A stretch of 64,000 nucleotides of DNA from Yuukianura sp. NJ FZ-2021 (GCA_046563655.1 CM102287.1:3720001-3784000), one strand, 5' to 3'; shown: positions 1 through 12,644, counted from the first letter of the stretch. Notes: a model not told the origin generated them from the sequence alone. Made by a program: numbers and translations.

Positions 1-3000
1 CGTCAACTACGTGAAAATGATGACTACAGAGAAATGGAACAAGCACGGGATACTGCAGCGCATCGTCAACTGCGTACTCAGGTTCATGATGAGCCCTGGG
101 AGTCGGTGGTTGAGGTCTTCGAAGAAAAATGCAGGGAAGGCCCTTCACATATCTGTATCTCCTGTGGTGGACTTTGGTTCAAGAAATCTATCAAGCAGCT
201 GCGGCGATCCGACTGTACTCGATACGATGACAACTTTCTGAACGCTGTTTTCTCTACGCAACTGGAAGGAAACTTTTGTAATACTTGTCATGCTGCAGTT
301 AGATCTGGTCGAGATTCACGCTTGGCGCTTACCAATGGACTCAACTTTCCGGTCATCCCTTCAGAGGTTTCGTCTTTGACGCGTCTGGAAGCTCGTTTAG
401 TTTCACCATACCATGTTTTCCAGGCGATTTGGGCTGTACAAGGACAGCATGGTACAGTTTAACTGTTCATAAATAAGCTCAAAATTTGATTAGTTTTGCT
501 AATAACAATATTTGCAGGTCAATTGAAGACGAAAGGACGGATTGTGAATGTTCCAGTTTCCGTGACAAATATTGTTCAAAGTCTGCCCCGCCTCCCTTCA
601 GACGATTCAGTCCTGCATCTCCGGCTGGCCCGTCAGATGCATGTGGAGAAGAACTACACGTCTGGAAATATACGTCCACAAAAAGTAGTTGACGCTGCTA
701 AAGTTTTATGTCAATCACCTTTGTACTCTCAACATGGGATATCAGTTTCGAATTCCTGGATCGCGGATTCTCAAGAATTGAATTCCTTTGACTCAGCCAT
801 GGAGAGTCAGCTTGAAAACTCTCATATAATTGCGAACGAAGAAAGTCCGGACGCTGAAACCGAAGACTCGACAGCGGGTGAGACGATGCTAACAGATGCC
901 TCGGGGCTTCGGATGGCCCCCGCTGAGGGTAATCGGCCTGTTTCTGTTCTTCTGGATGACGACGCTATATTTCTAGCCTTTCCTCAAATATTCGGCGGAG
1001 AAAAGCTCAATCCAATGTATGCCGGCAAAAAAATCTCAAAAGCTGACATGTTCATGTCGTTTGCAAGGAACAAAGACCGACGTGCTGCCGAGTCAGTGGA
1101 TTTCCTCTTGTACATGGCGAAGACTCTAGAAATTGCACGAATATCTAGCAATCGCACCATTCACTTGAGGAAACGAAAAATAAATGGTGAGCATATCATT
1201 CCAACTGCGGGACAAGTCTTGCACCAGACTTACGTTGATGGCCTCATCAAGGACGACAACGCTTATAAAGTCTTGTCCGGAATACGGAACGCAGGAGTAC
1301 ACTGGAAGAATGAAGGCAACAAAGTTCGAGCGATGATACGTACGTTTGGGATTGCCACATTGTTTGTCACGATTAGTGCTGCAGAGTTGAAGTGGAACGA
1401 GCTGTTGGTGTTATTGAAGAAAGTTCTGGACGGCATCGACATTTCTGAGCAGGAAGCCCAAGAATTGTCCACTTCTGAGAAAGCGTTGTTGATTCAGCGT
1501 GATCCAATCACATGCGCGCGGTACTTTGACCACCGTTACTCCGCTCTGAAATCTACTTACAGATCTCGAAATGGGCCTTTTGGTAATCGTGAAATCCGAC
1601 ACTTCTACGAAAGAGTGGAGTTCCAGCACCGAGGAAGCCCCCATGTGCATGCAATGTTTTGGCTCTCAGACCCACCAATTTTCAATCCAGAGAATGAATC
1701 GCATGACGAAGTGACTAGTTTCATTGACAGTATGATAACATGCCGTACAGACTACCCTCCGGAGGATCCAATCACTGGTCTACTAACTCTCCAGACTCAT
1801 CGCCATACACATACTTGCTACAAGCGAACACACAAGGGAGTTAAATGTCGTTTTGGAATACCATTCTTCCCAATGGATCAAACTCGCATCCTTTTACCAC
1901 TGGACAACCCGGCAGACTACAAGGAACTCAAGCTACGGCATAAATTGATTCGTGACTTTTTGGAAGCTCAAATGCCGGACGCGGGAATGTCATTTACACA
2001 ATTTCTAGGCGCCATAGTTTGCGATCTAGCTCTGTATTTACGAGTGATTCGGTCTAAACTAAAGAAGCCACATGTGTTTTTGAAACGTAAACCGAGCGAA
2101 GTTTATATCAACGCCTACAATGAAAAGATTTTACGGTTGCAAAAATCCAACATGGATATTCAATTTATCCTTGATCCATACGCCTGCTGCAGCTACATCG
2201 TTGATTACATCAATAAGAGCAATCGAGGTCTTTCAGAACTCTTGAGAAATGTTGTGGACGAAGTGAGAAAAGGGAATACTCCTCTCAAGGATAGTCTGCA
2301 GATGATTGGTGCCGCCCACAACTTGAATAGCGAAATTTCTGCCCAAGAGGCTGCTTACAATGTGCTCCAAATGCCAATGAGCTATTCGTCTGAAAAGTGT
2401 GTCTTTGTTCAGACTGGGCCAGAAAGCCATCGAACAAGAATGTTGAAGCCGCAAGTGGATCTATCTCAAATGGACCCGGATGACCAAAATATTTTCTTCG
2501 CGAGTCCAACCGACCATTACGCTCAGCGGGCAGTTGCATTGGAGTCGTTAAATCTTGCCCAATTCTCCGCCTGGTTTGAGTTTTCAAAAACATTAAGACG
2601 AAAGATTGGCGATCCAGACGAAGAGAATGACGCACCACCTCCAGAAGAAATGGGAACTGAAGTTTACAAATTGCGCGACGGGTCTGGATATGTACGAAAG
2701 AGGAAATTTGCAAAGGTAATCCGTTTCGTGCGCTACAACAAGGAAAAAGATCCGGAAAACTTTTTCCGAGAACTCTTGATGCTTTATAAACCCTGGAGAG
2801 ACGAGGAGAAAGAATGCGGAGAAAATATAGATTGTCAAAAAATTGTGGCGGAAAACCTAGACTTGATAACCAGCAATAGAAAGGAGTTCAATTTTTTTGA
2901 CGACTGCATACTTGATGCTGCCATGGAAGAAGTGCTGACAAGGCCACCAGAAGATGAAGTTGAATTGGATGAAAACCAACCTTCCGTAGATGACCTGCGC

Positions 3001-5393
3001 GAGTATCGTCTAGAAGATACATCAGGCACGAACGCAGTTGACTTTGGAAGCTACGAAAGACGGCCATTTGCAGAAAGTTTCAAGAATCCGCAATTGACTT
3101 CAAATGATGAGTACTGGTCGCTACTAGCTTCTTTGAACGATGAACAGCGAGACTTGGTTTACCACACCTTCGATCACGTGAAGAGAAAAGAAGGTTCAGC
3201 ATTTCATATCTACTTGAAGGGAGGTGCCGGTGTGGGCAAATCCCATGTCATCAAAACACTCTTCCAAGGATTGGTCCGAATTTTTGGTTCTGACCTCAAC
3301 CGTAATCCGGACAAAATCTCGGTCCTCCTCGTCGCTCCAACTGGGAAAGCCGCATTCAACATCGGAGGCTCCACACTACATACGGCATTTCAGCTACCAG
3401 TTAACCAACGTGAAGCTGGATCGCTGTCTGCAGATATATCTAATACAATGGCTGCGACTTACTCAGAGCTAAAGGTTTCACTCTCTCACATGTGCTTCTG
3501 ATTGTTAACTGATAGTAATTGAGATTACTAATTTACAGATCGTGATCTGCGATGAGATCAGTATGGTGGGTGAACACCTTTTGGAACAGGTGGACAAGCG
3601 CCTGAGAGATTTGTTTCAACCAATTGCACCTTTCGGGGGAATCTCTTTCATTGCCGTTGGTGACTTCTACCAGCTACCACCAGTTCTGGCTGTCCCGTTG
3701 ACGCATGGCACGATGAGCAACTCCATTTCATCTTTATTCCATCGGCCTCTTTGGCACCACTTTCTTGTGCACGAGTTGACCACAATCATGCGCCAAAGCG
3801 AAGATATCGCCTTTGCTGTGGCCCTCAATAACATGGCAAGAGGAATGATGACTGATTCAGATAAGGAACTGATGCGAAGCCGGTGCTTCGACACCCTGCC
3901 AACGGAAGTGGCGGAACTGAGACCTATCCACTTCTTCCAGACCAATGCTGCAGTGACCGCGTTCAACGAAATGTTCCTTCAGCAGATGCCAGGAGAACTG
4001 ATCCTCAGCAGAGCTACCGATAGTGTTCGTGGTGATCTCCCTCAGACGTCAAGAGTCCGACTTCTGCAACGGTTTCAAACGAAACCGCTGAACGAAACAA
4101 TGGGCCTTCCCATGGAACTTCAATTGAAAATTAACGCTCGTTATATGATGACCAACAACGTCGATTGTGCGGACGGATTAGTAAATGGTGTAACTGGTAT
4201 ATTACGAAGAATCGATCTTGGTGTGGCGATAAACGACCCTAGCGACCGTATTCCACTGCGACTATGGATAGAATTTGAAGACGCACGCAGTGGCCAGCAA
4301 TTACGTTGCCGGTACCAATCAATTGCAGACAATTTGGGCGTTGAGTCAACTTGGACGCCAGTGGAGCTACTCACACAAGAGATACATCAAAAGAATGCCA
4401 GCATAAAAATCACACGGAAGCAGTTTCCACTTGTTCCTGCAGAAGCAATCACCATTCATAAGAGCCAAGGAATCACGTGTCAAGCGTAAGTATATAATAA
4501 GTATTCCAATTTATTTTACAATTTAAGCATTCCAATTTATATTGTGCAGTGCTGTACTCCATATTGATCGTACTCGCCACATTTCTCGAGCTTTGATCTA
4601 CGTCGGCTGTTCTCGACCTACGAAAGCCAGTGGCCTTTACATTATGGGGGACTTCAGGCCTCCTAAACCAATTTCACCGACAAGTTCTCTCGCCTTGGAA
4701 ATGGCTCGTCACGAAACCATGAAGCTGGTCCCAGTCTTTCAATCGCTTCACAAAAGGGATGATGGTTTAATCCAGTTCCTTTACCACAACGTCCAGTCAT
4801 TGCCAAAGCATTCCGCAATTTATTCTTCGGATGCAAGTTACAAAATGAGCGACATTCTTCTCTTTGGTGAAACATGGACTCTGCCGGAAGACAATGTCAC
4901 AATTGGAGATCATGTGAAAATCTGCAGTGTCGATTGTGTGACAGAAAGGCGACCACTCGGAGCCAGAATTTATTTGCGGCAGCATTTGACAAATCGCATC
5001 CTGAGTACTACTACTAGATTTGTCGAAGATGAGCATGGAAGTTGCAGCTGTGTAGCCATGAATTTTGCTGGAACAAACGTAATTGGAATTTACATCAGCC
5101 CACGTTTTTGTTGGTGTCTCTTTACCTCCATAATTTCATCTCTAATCAACTCCCTTGGTGGCTCAAGGACGATCGTCGCCGGAGACTTCAACGTTAATTT
5201 CAATCTCATTGCTTCAGCTGAACGCAAGTCGATGTTGGATCTTGGACTACAACTTCGTTCTACTGACTTGCCTACGACAAAGTTCGGTACCCAAATCGAC
5301 GCGGTCTTTGCTTCATTTGAATTAGATGCGATTGGATTGTACACGTCCGCGACATCTATCCACGAGCCCATTTGGGCACGGTTCTCTCAGTAA
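1..5393 (+). CDS. Helentron transposase: CxxC region + HUH Rep + PIF1-like SF1 helicase + C-terminal AP-like (EEP) endonuclease; 4 exons visible, 5'-partial
   Basis: Exons ~<1-451, 518-3474, 3539-4486 and 4550-5393, joined by short GT-AG introns that keep frame. Motifs: CISC/CNTC; Rep YERVEFQHRGSPHVH (the S is typical of Helentrons) and YIVDYINKS; Walker A GGAGVGKS; APTGKAAFNIGGSTLH; Walker B DEISMV; GDFYQLPPV; QFPLVPAEAITIHKSQG; YVGCSR; endonuclease HNVQSL, ETW, YISP, GDFN. Confidence 0.92.
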
Positions 5394-5845
5394 CAGCTTC
5401 AGTGCTTCAATAATTAAAAGTGACTAATTCCTGATCTTCATAACAGTTATTCCAATCCAACAAAGGATGCAAGTCTAAATAATAATACAATTCATATACT
5501 GGCTTCTCAAGAAATGTTTCGGCAATAAAAATTTGTTTCTCTTCAACAAGTTTCCCTATGTAAATGCTACGAAGAATTTTCAAGTAAAGTGCCTTTTTCG
5601 ATTCCACATAATAGGTAGTTAATAAGAAAATTCAACTTTAACTTTAGCCTTTAACTGGAAAACAAAGCTTCATAAAGCTGGGCAAAGGAATTGCTAATTT
5701 GTAATTAACGGTTATTCAGAAACTACAAACCTCTTACTAAATATTTTTGTTGTATTTATTGTTATAAGTAAAGATTAAATTTCATTTTTTTTAATTAATC
5801 ACTTTGTATGAGAATCGATTACGATTTTGTTTTAATAGTCGATTA

Positions 5846-7088
5846 TTAATGTTGTAAGATTCGATTAAGTGTTTCAGCTTCGGCGGCTTCAAACCACTCT
5901 GACAAGTCCTTTGCCAAGTTGTGATCCTTTCCCACTAAGATCAAATCGCCAGGATTGCAGTCAATTGAGTTGACACCATTGTAACTAGAAATCTTCACGA
6001 GCTTGAACAAGATAATTTCAAAAGGAGCAACTTGCACGGTTTCGGTCATATCATTCCATAGCTTTGCAGTAAACTTTCCAGTCTTGTCCACAAGAGTAAG
6101 TTGACGAAGTCTGCATGTTGGGAACTCTTTGACATCTTCAATTTCAATTACCAGACCCGCCATGTCAACATATTGCCCGGCTGACATCAATTTGAGGTCT
6201 TCCGAGTCGATCGGAGTGATCTTTACTACATGAGCAGCTCCTTTGGGTGCAGTGATGACGGTGGTTTCAGTGCTACTGGCATCAAAGGATGAGTTTGTCA
6301 ATTTATTTCTGTTGTCCTTTGGCCGCAGTAAAAAGTTTTCGATTCGCACAAAAGCGTTGATCTGAAACAGATAATCTGAGAATTATTAACATATTGTGAA
6401 AATAGTTTGCTATTACCTGAAGCAGGGACTCCCATTGTGGTTTCATTACTCCGAATAACGTGAACTGGATCTCCCCGGACTCGTCACCAAAAACAAAATG
6501 CTGCAGTTGGCCTCCGTTCCCGTACGCCATTGGTCGTGCAACCTTCAACACGAGGACTTCGATTACACGAGATGTAACTGGAAGGTTAGGATGCAGCTGC
6601 TTCACAGCGATCACGGGAAGTTCAGCTGGGTCCTCTTTTGATTTCACTTGAGCTTTTTCAATCTGGCTTTTCCACTGCTGAAACGGCGACATGCAGCTTT
6701 GAGTACCGCTAGAACCAGGCATGGGTTCAATCAGAGCGGATCTACTTTGATTTCCTTAATAAATAAAAATGATTAGTCATACTACTGTAAAAGCGACATT
6801 GGTTTTCAAAGTACATTTAACAATTACCTGAAGGTTGTACATTATGTTCCGCACTTGAAGTATTGGATTCAAGGCTCTCACTCACATCACTGGCATTTTG
6901 CGCTTGATCAATAGTAGCGTCACACTTTTCGTTTTCTATTAAATAAATGAACGATTTTCAAAAAATGTATATTTACGATGTTGAAAATTTGTTCTATTTT
7001 AAGAATTACCATCTGTGTCTTGCAGTTTCAGAACCTTCGGAGCAGGTTCGCCTTTGGTATTAGAGCACCCCTTCTTCTTAGGTGACAT
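5846..7088 (-). CDS. RPA70-like two-OB-fold ssDNA-binding protein (Helentron cargo), 4 exons
   Basis: ATG at 7088 (MSPKKK, NLS-like); exons ~7088-7010, 6938-6828, 6755-6418 and 6362-5846. OB-fold-like strings LQHFVFGDESGEIQFTLFG and YVDMAGLVIEIEDVKE...RLRQLTLVDKTGKFTAKLWND resemble RPA70 DBD-A/B. Confidence 0.8.
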
Positions 7089-7669
7089 ATTGTCCCTTTA
7101 CGAGTAGATACTTGACAATGATGTTGAAAAGTTACTAAGATTTAATGGAGGTCACTTTGATCAAGGCAAATCTGAACGAACTTCAACGGACTAAATCGGC
7201 TGCAAAATGGTTTTTGTTAACAAATTCGAAACGTATTTTAGGACTAATTCTTATAAACATTAAAAAATAAACATTGGTTTTGTTGTGATGACGACTTCTT
7301 TACTATATTCGTATATACATAATTTTGTAATTAACTAATTTATTTTATATCATTCGAATAGATAAAAATTTAAAAAATGTCGTCAGACAGTTTTGTTGCT
7401 TCATTCGTGTTCAATTTCTATATATTTTTACATTCAAACATGTTTTTTGTTGAGAAAAGTTAACAAAGTTTGAAGTATTCCAAAATATAATTTTTTTTAC
7501 CTTTGTACCTCATGTACCGTCATCATAACAACTGGGTAGATGTATTGATGTTTACAAACAATTATGGAAATCTTCTACAATTTTAACATTTTCTGTACAT
7601 AAAATTGATTTGAAAAAATCAAGTTGATTTAATTCTAAAGTTAGCTATCAAATAAGATTTAAAGCTAAA

Positions 7670-8704
7670 ATGGCTTTTATATTCTTTAATGGTATTGAAA
7701 GTTACGAGCTAAATAGGATCATCGCCGAAGACAAAGGCCGGTACGGCGAAAAATTCAAGTTCCTTGAAGATGGAGAAGCAATTGTGGAGATGGAAGGATA
7801 CACAGTGGGCGTAGCAGAGTCACGGAAACAATTATACTCCAGAAAAGTTGTCTCATTTCCAAACTTACAGCAAGAAGACCGAAAAATTTTCATGCCGATA
7901 GCTTTCCTGACACACGGAGAAGTTGAAGAAACTGCTCATGATCACCTATCATTACTGTATGTTGACGTGGACGCAGGAAGAGCCATCTACTTTTGTCAAC
8001 TAAAAGGTGACATTTATGAGAAGGCGGTAAAAACAAATATGATGATTCGGTTGAGAGCCTGCTACCCTGGAGCACCAATCAAGTTCACGAAATATCGTTT
8101 TCCAAACAACGTACGCCAATACTACCCAGATTCATGTGCATTATTCGCTATATGGATTATGCGTCAGGTCATCAAGTTACAGGGACAAAATTTGGATTCA
8201 ATTCGCCTTCCGACATTCGCTCAGATGCATTCGCTGAGAAAATCATTAAACTTGCAACAGGACCAAAAACAAACGTCAAACAATAATCGAAGTCTCACCG
8301 AAATTGACAAACTTTCAAAATCGAAAGTAAGCCTAAATTTTGTTTTAAAGATGTTTTGTTTACTAAAGCGTACTTTTTGTTTTGTTTCGTCTCAGAAAAA
8401 GGTATACTTGCAGCAGAACATGTCAACTCAGGAAGGAAATAATACTGCGGAGAATTGTGATCCGGATGTAGAGTCAAGTCAAAGCAATGGTGCTAAGAGG
8501 GTCAGATTCACAATTCAACAATCTCAGTCATTTTCCAATTCTTTTGGCATTGCTGCCGCAATCAGTACAACATCCTTAGCTTCAATTGGTACAGACACCA
8601 AAACGGACTTCAGAGCTGGCGTTCTGAAAGATGTGCAACTTTCTACATCTCTGAACGTCGTCAATCGATCGATCTCCAAACGTAGTTCTCAACGACACTA
8701 CTAA
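7670..8704 (+). CDS. Ulp1/SENP-like CE-clan cysteine protease-like protein (Helentron cargo)
   Basis: IFMPI...HDHLSLLYVD...IYFCQL...RQYYPDSCALFAIWIM follows the His / (Asp) / Gln-x-Cys order of C48 peptidases. Probable in-frame 69-nt intron 8327-8395; AATAAA at ~8823, before the Helentron terminus. Confidence 0.6.
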   Translation: MAFIFFNGIESYELNRIIAEDKGRYGEKFKFLEDGEAIVEMEGYTVGVAESRKQLYSRKVVSFPNLQQEDRKIFMPIAFLTHGEVEETAHDHLSLLYVDVDAGRAIYFCQLKGDIYEKAVKTNMMIRLRACYPGAPIKFTKYRFPNNVRQYYPDSCALFAIWIMRQVIKLQGQNLDSIRLPTFAQMHSLRKSLNLQQDQKQTSNNNRSLTEIDKLSKSKVSLNFVLKMFCLLKRTFCFVSSQKKVYLQQNMSTQEGNNTAENCDPDVESSQSNGAKRVRFTIQQSQSFSNSFGIAAAISTTSLASIGTDTKTDFRAGVLKDVQLSTSLNVVNRSISKRSSQRHY

Positions 8705-9049
8705 CAACGCATGTCGTCGCACTTTGTCTAATGTTTGTGCTAACCAGAAATCAATGAGTCACAAAATGATATATTACAGTTGAAACTTATTAGTCTTTAG
8801 TTTAGTTTTCTTATATTTTTGAAATAAAACGTCCGCTACGGTTTGAAAAGAATTAAACACTACATTTTTTAAAGTCCTATAAATAGTCAACTTTCTCCAG
8901 AAGACCAATGCTCAACCCTTGAGCATTGCCCTACCTTGTTTATTTTTTCAATGGATTCGGCACCCATTTTTCTTCGGGGGAAAATATTTTAAACGCATAT
9001 TTTTAACGTTCTTCGCGGGGCCCATAAAGCTTCAATTTCCCAAGACCTT

Positions 9050-10478
9050 CTTTCAAATCAAAAACCTCATGGAGAATTAGGATTTGCAAAACCGCCATCG
9101 GAAGTATTTGGAACAATTCATGTGGACTACCAAGGCCCATTTTCTACAAGCGCAGGCGGAAGACAATGCAAGTATTTACTCGTTGTCTAAGATGAACTGT
9201 GAAAATGGGTTGAGCTTTTCCCAATGACAGCAGCAACAGCAAAGAAAACAGATGAAATCTTAGAAAATAAAATATTTTGCCGGTTTGGACCGCACCGCAC
9301 CGCACCGCGTTTGGACCGCGGTATGCACCGCATACAATAATCTCAGATCATGGATCACAACTTCAACTTCTCTTCACTTCAACACTTCAACTATTATCAC
9401 AGATTTATGTGAAAAATGGAAAATCAAACATAGGATGGTCGCGGAATACCATCCACAAGCAAATCACTCAGAAAGAACAAACAGAAGCATCAAAACCATG
9501 ATCCAAGCCTATATTGAAGACAGTCACCACAAATGGGACGAAAATTTCCGAAAATTTGCACTGGCATTGCGCACAGTCACAAACGAAACTACAAAAGTCA
9601 CTCCAGCATTGCTGAACCTTGGAAGAGAAATTCCACTTCCATTCGATCGAAATTTACAAGAAGGACCAACAAAATTCAATTATGAAAAAGCTCAAAAAGT
9701 TCCAGATCAATTAAAAGAACTAATCGAATACGTTCGTGAAAACATGACAAAAGCCCATGAGAAAACCAAAATTCATTATGACAAAGCTCACCGTCAAGTG
9801 GTTAGGTTAGGCAGACGACACGTATCTCAAATAAAATTATATTTTAATCGGAAAATAAAAACAAACTCAAATAAATTAATTTCAAACGTTTCGGAAACGT
9901 TGAACACGGAAAACGAACCTCAATCGAGATTGAGACGTCGTACTAGAGTAAATTACAAAATGCGCAAAATCAAAATCAACCCAAAAATCAGAATCAAAAT
10001 CAACAAAAAATCCAAAACCAAAATCAGCCCCAAAATCAATCCAAAAATAACCGTCATCATCCTTACAAGAAATAGTAGTGTCAAAGGTCACTACTAACCA
10101 TGACTACTTCAGACGATGACGACCGGATTCAGTCTCCACTTCAGGCGACTTCAAAATCCCTTCCTTTCACTACAACCCCCCCCCCCTGTACCTGTACCCC
10201 ACCCCCCCCCCCCGGAGGCCCTTTTTCCTGGTGGTATGGTGTGACGGGACGAGACACCGAAGGAAGCGCGGGAACCCTTAGTTGTAAGCACACATATGAA
10301 CAGGTGGAACATTCATACATTCAGTCAATAAATGTTATTCATTGGGAGAGCATCTCCCCACCAAATCTCCAGTCCCGATTTGCCACATCATTTATTGTAC
10401 AAGTCCTTGTGTCATCAGACGTCACTCATCGCATCGACAGGCCATCGCTGACGATTAGCGAATAGTGTGTCCGTCACA
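9050..10478 (+). mobile_element. Degenerate Gypsy-type LTR retrotransposon 3' part (integrase pseudogene + 3' LTR)
   Basis: Integrase core IHVDYQGPF..KYLLVV*DEL*KWVELFP, IISDHGSQ, YHPQANHSERTNRSIK, with stops and frameshifts. LTR-like 10240-10478 is bounded by TGTGACGG...CCGTCACA, preceded by G-rich GGTGGTATGG, and contains AATAAA. Confidence 0.78.
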
Positions 10479-11825
10479 TCCGTCTCATCGTTCCAAAATT
10501 TAAACTTTATGTTAGCCCGACTTCGAAAGTTGGAAGAGGGAAGAGGGTGTATTTAGAACATTTTGTGTTTTTAAAAATGAAATGCACTGAAGTTTGTTTC
10601 TTTTGTAAGTATTGTGAGTGCTCTCGAATCGTGTATTTTTGTGCGGAGCCGAAATACCTCATATGCGTAAGGCCTCCTAAAAATATACGTCGTCATTGTC
10701 TCTTTAAAAGCTAATGATACTTTGTGGATTTCGAATTTGCATTTGGAGGCACTATCAACACGCTTATTAGGTTGCGCAAGCCACCACTATTTGTGCGCTA
10801 CTAATATCTGCTCGGTGATTCCATTCCGCTAATAATCTCGAACTGAATAGGGGATATGTTGCATTGCGAGAGGTCTAATCAACCTGACGGAAAGGCATAG
10901 TCATAGGAGTTGTCTGCTTCGAGGTTTCGAGGACATGCTTCCCCAGAAAACTAACTATGATTAAATTCGATGTAAAAAAAATCCAAGAGATGATGCGGCA
11001 TCAAATATGCCATATGGAATGAAAATTTCAGTATTGAATAAGTATTATATTCAATTTCTAAACTCATGTTACAAAGACAATAAAATTTCTAATCTATTGT
11101 TTAGCACCTTCACGAATACAAAGATTTTTTGAAATGCATGTATGAAATGACTAGAACATTTATTATTATTATTATAAGATAACACAATCAATTGGAACAA
11201 TACAACTTTCAAAACTAAAATTTATCATTGTTTAATTATTTCTTTGTTTACACTAGGCATATATAGGAAAGCTCAACGTCAATTGACCTAGTTTGTACTT
11301 TAGTTGAAATTATACCACACTTCAACTCGTGTGTTGTTTGTAATGGCTGTAATTTTCCAATCCGTGTTTGTGATAGTGTTTGATCTTCTTTTACTATGTA
11401 AGTATTTAAGTTAAAACGGCGATTATTGAAAATACAATTTACCAGTGCTGTATTGGAGTATTTGTATTTATTGCATTAGAGCTTTGTTGAAAAACCTTAA
11501 ATAACATTAGCGAACAACTTCCATGCGTTTTAACATTAATAATGAAACAGAAAATGGCACTCATCTAGGTTCCATTGTCCATATATAATTCAATGTTAAG
11601 CGTTAAACAATCTAATCTATATTACAGAGTTTCTGTCTGGCCTCATATGAGTGAAGTGAGGGTTTACTCTGGCTTTGAATTCAAGGTTATGCAGCACAGG
11701 AGTTAACTCTCACTTCACTTCACTTCAATTGTGACAACACAGGGTTGAAGTAAACCATCTACCGGCTGTACCCATTGCACCCAACTTTGGTTGGTCGATC
11801 TTTTTGTAAATTTAACAATTCGGAT

Positions 11826-12096
11826 CAAGGTAAATAGAATACTTATAGCTATGGTCGCTTAAAATTGTTTTTTCAAAACCGAGTTACTATGGGATTTCCT
11901 TTACTCCGAGTTCACTCATTTACAGTGTTGTTCAACATTTTCATCATTTTAGTCTCACTACTTTCGCCGCAAACTTAAAAATAGCTTAAAAACTCGGATG
12001 AACCTGTATTTTCACTCGGAGTGACGACACTGCGAATGAAATTGTAAACACCTCAAGAATTGGTTTTGGTCGCTAAGGCATTTTTGCCACCCCCTG
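11826..12096 (+). mobile_element. 271-bp non-autonomous element with 9-bp TSD (AATTCGGAT), ends CAAGGT...CCCCCTG
   Basis: TSD at 11817-11825 and 12097-12105; a second copy of equal length lies inverted at 40847-41117 with its own 9-bp TSD. Confidence 0.85.
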
Positions 12097-12114
12097 AATT
12101 CGGATATCGTTTTT

Positions 12115-12624
12115 AGTCTTCTGGAGACGCATGTCTACGACATGCTGAAGAAGACTATTGATACGACTTTGTCTGTCTGTCCGTAACGTTTTTTAGGACC
12201 CGTTTTTTAGGAGCATTGCCATGACAACATCGACAATACATTATGTGCATCTTCCTCAACAAATGAAGAACATGAATCAAGAACGATGTTCGACCAACTT
12301 CTTCTTAACTTTCAATTTTGTGCATTTTGTGCACACCAAATTAACAACATCAATTCAATACACATGTTTTGGGGCTCAAAACTTTAACATGATTTTGGTT
12401 CAATTAAAAGGTAGATTTGCCAACACAATTTTGGTGCAACTCATGCACAAAATAGAACCTCACATCCTCAATGAAAATTTTGAGCAATGTTTTGGTGCAT
12501 CAATTCCGTGAAAACGGTTTGTCAGTTCTTCCACAGTTTTAAGTCACACCGATTTAAGTCGCATCAATTGTCAACTCCCTCCAGAAGACCTATGCTCAAC
12601 CATTGAGCATCGCCCTACCTTGTT
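12115..12624 (+). mobile_element. HINE/DINE-1-like non-autonomous Helentron, internally deleted
   Basis: 5' AGTCTTCTGGAG + palindrome GCATGTC-TAC-GACATGC + GTCT microsatellite; 3' CTCCAGAAGAC + hairpin + CCCTACCTTGTT; T-rich flanks with no TSD. Confidence 0.88.
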
Positions 12625-12644
12625 TATGTAAATTCTTTGCTTTG

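Larger units (their letters stand above)
1..8940 (+). mobile_element. Autonomous Helentron (Helitron2 group); 5' part lies outside the window
   Basis: Rep-helicase-endonuclease gene plus two further genes, followed by a Helentron-type 3' end: sub-terminal IR CTCCAGAAGAC (8895-8905), hairpin CAATGCTCAA-CCC-TTGAGCATTG (8906-8928), CCCTACCTTGTT, then a T-rich flank. The same end recurs on non-autonomous copies at ~12624, ~26838 and ~37340. Confidence 0.9.

Noticed and set aside
9800..10097. Lys/Ile/Asn-rich ORF tail as a real protein domain
   Set aside because: Low-complexity AAAATC repeats read in a shifted frame of a decayed Gypsy.
12221..12511. Recurrent short ORFs (also 26537, 37453, 25811, 38124) as a gene family
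   Set aside because: They are translations of non-coding HINE copies.
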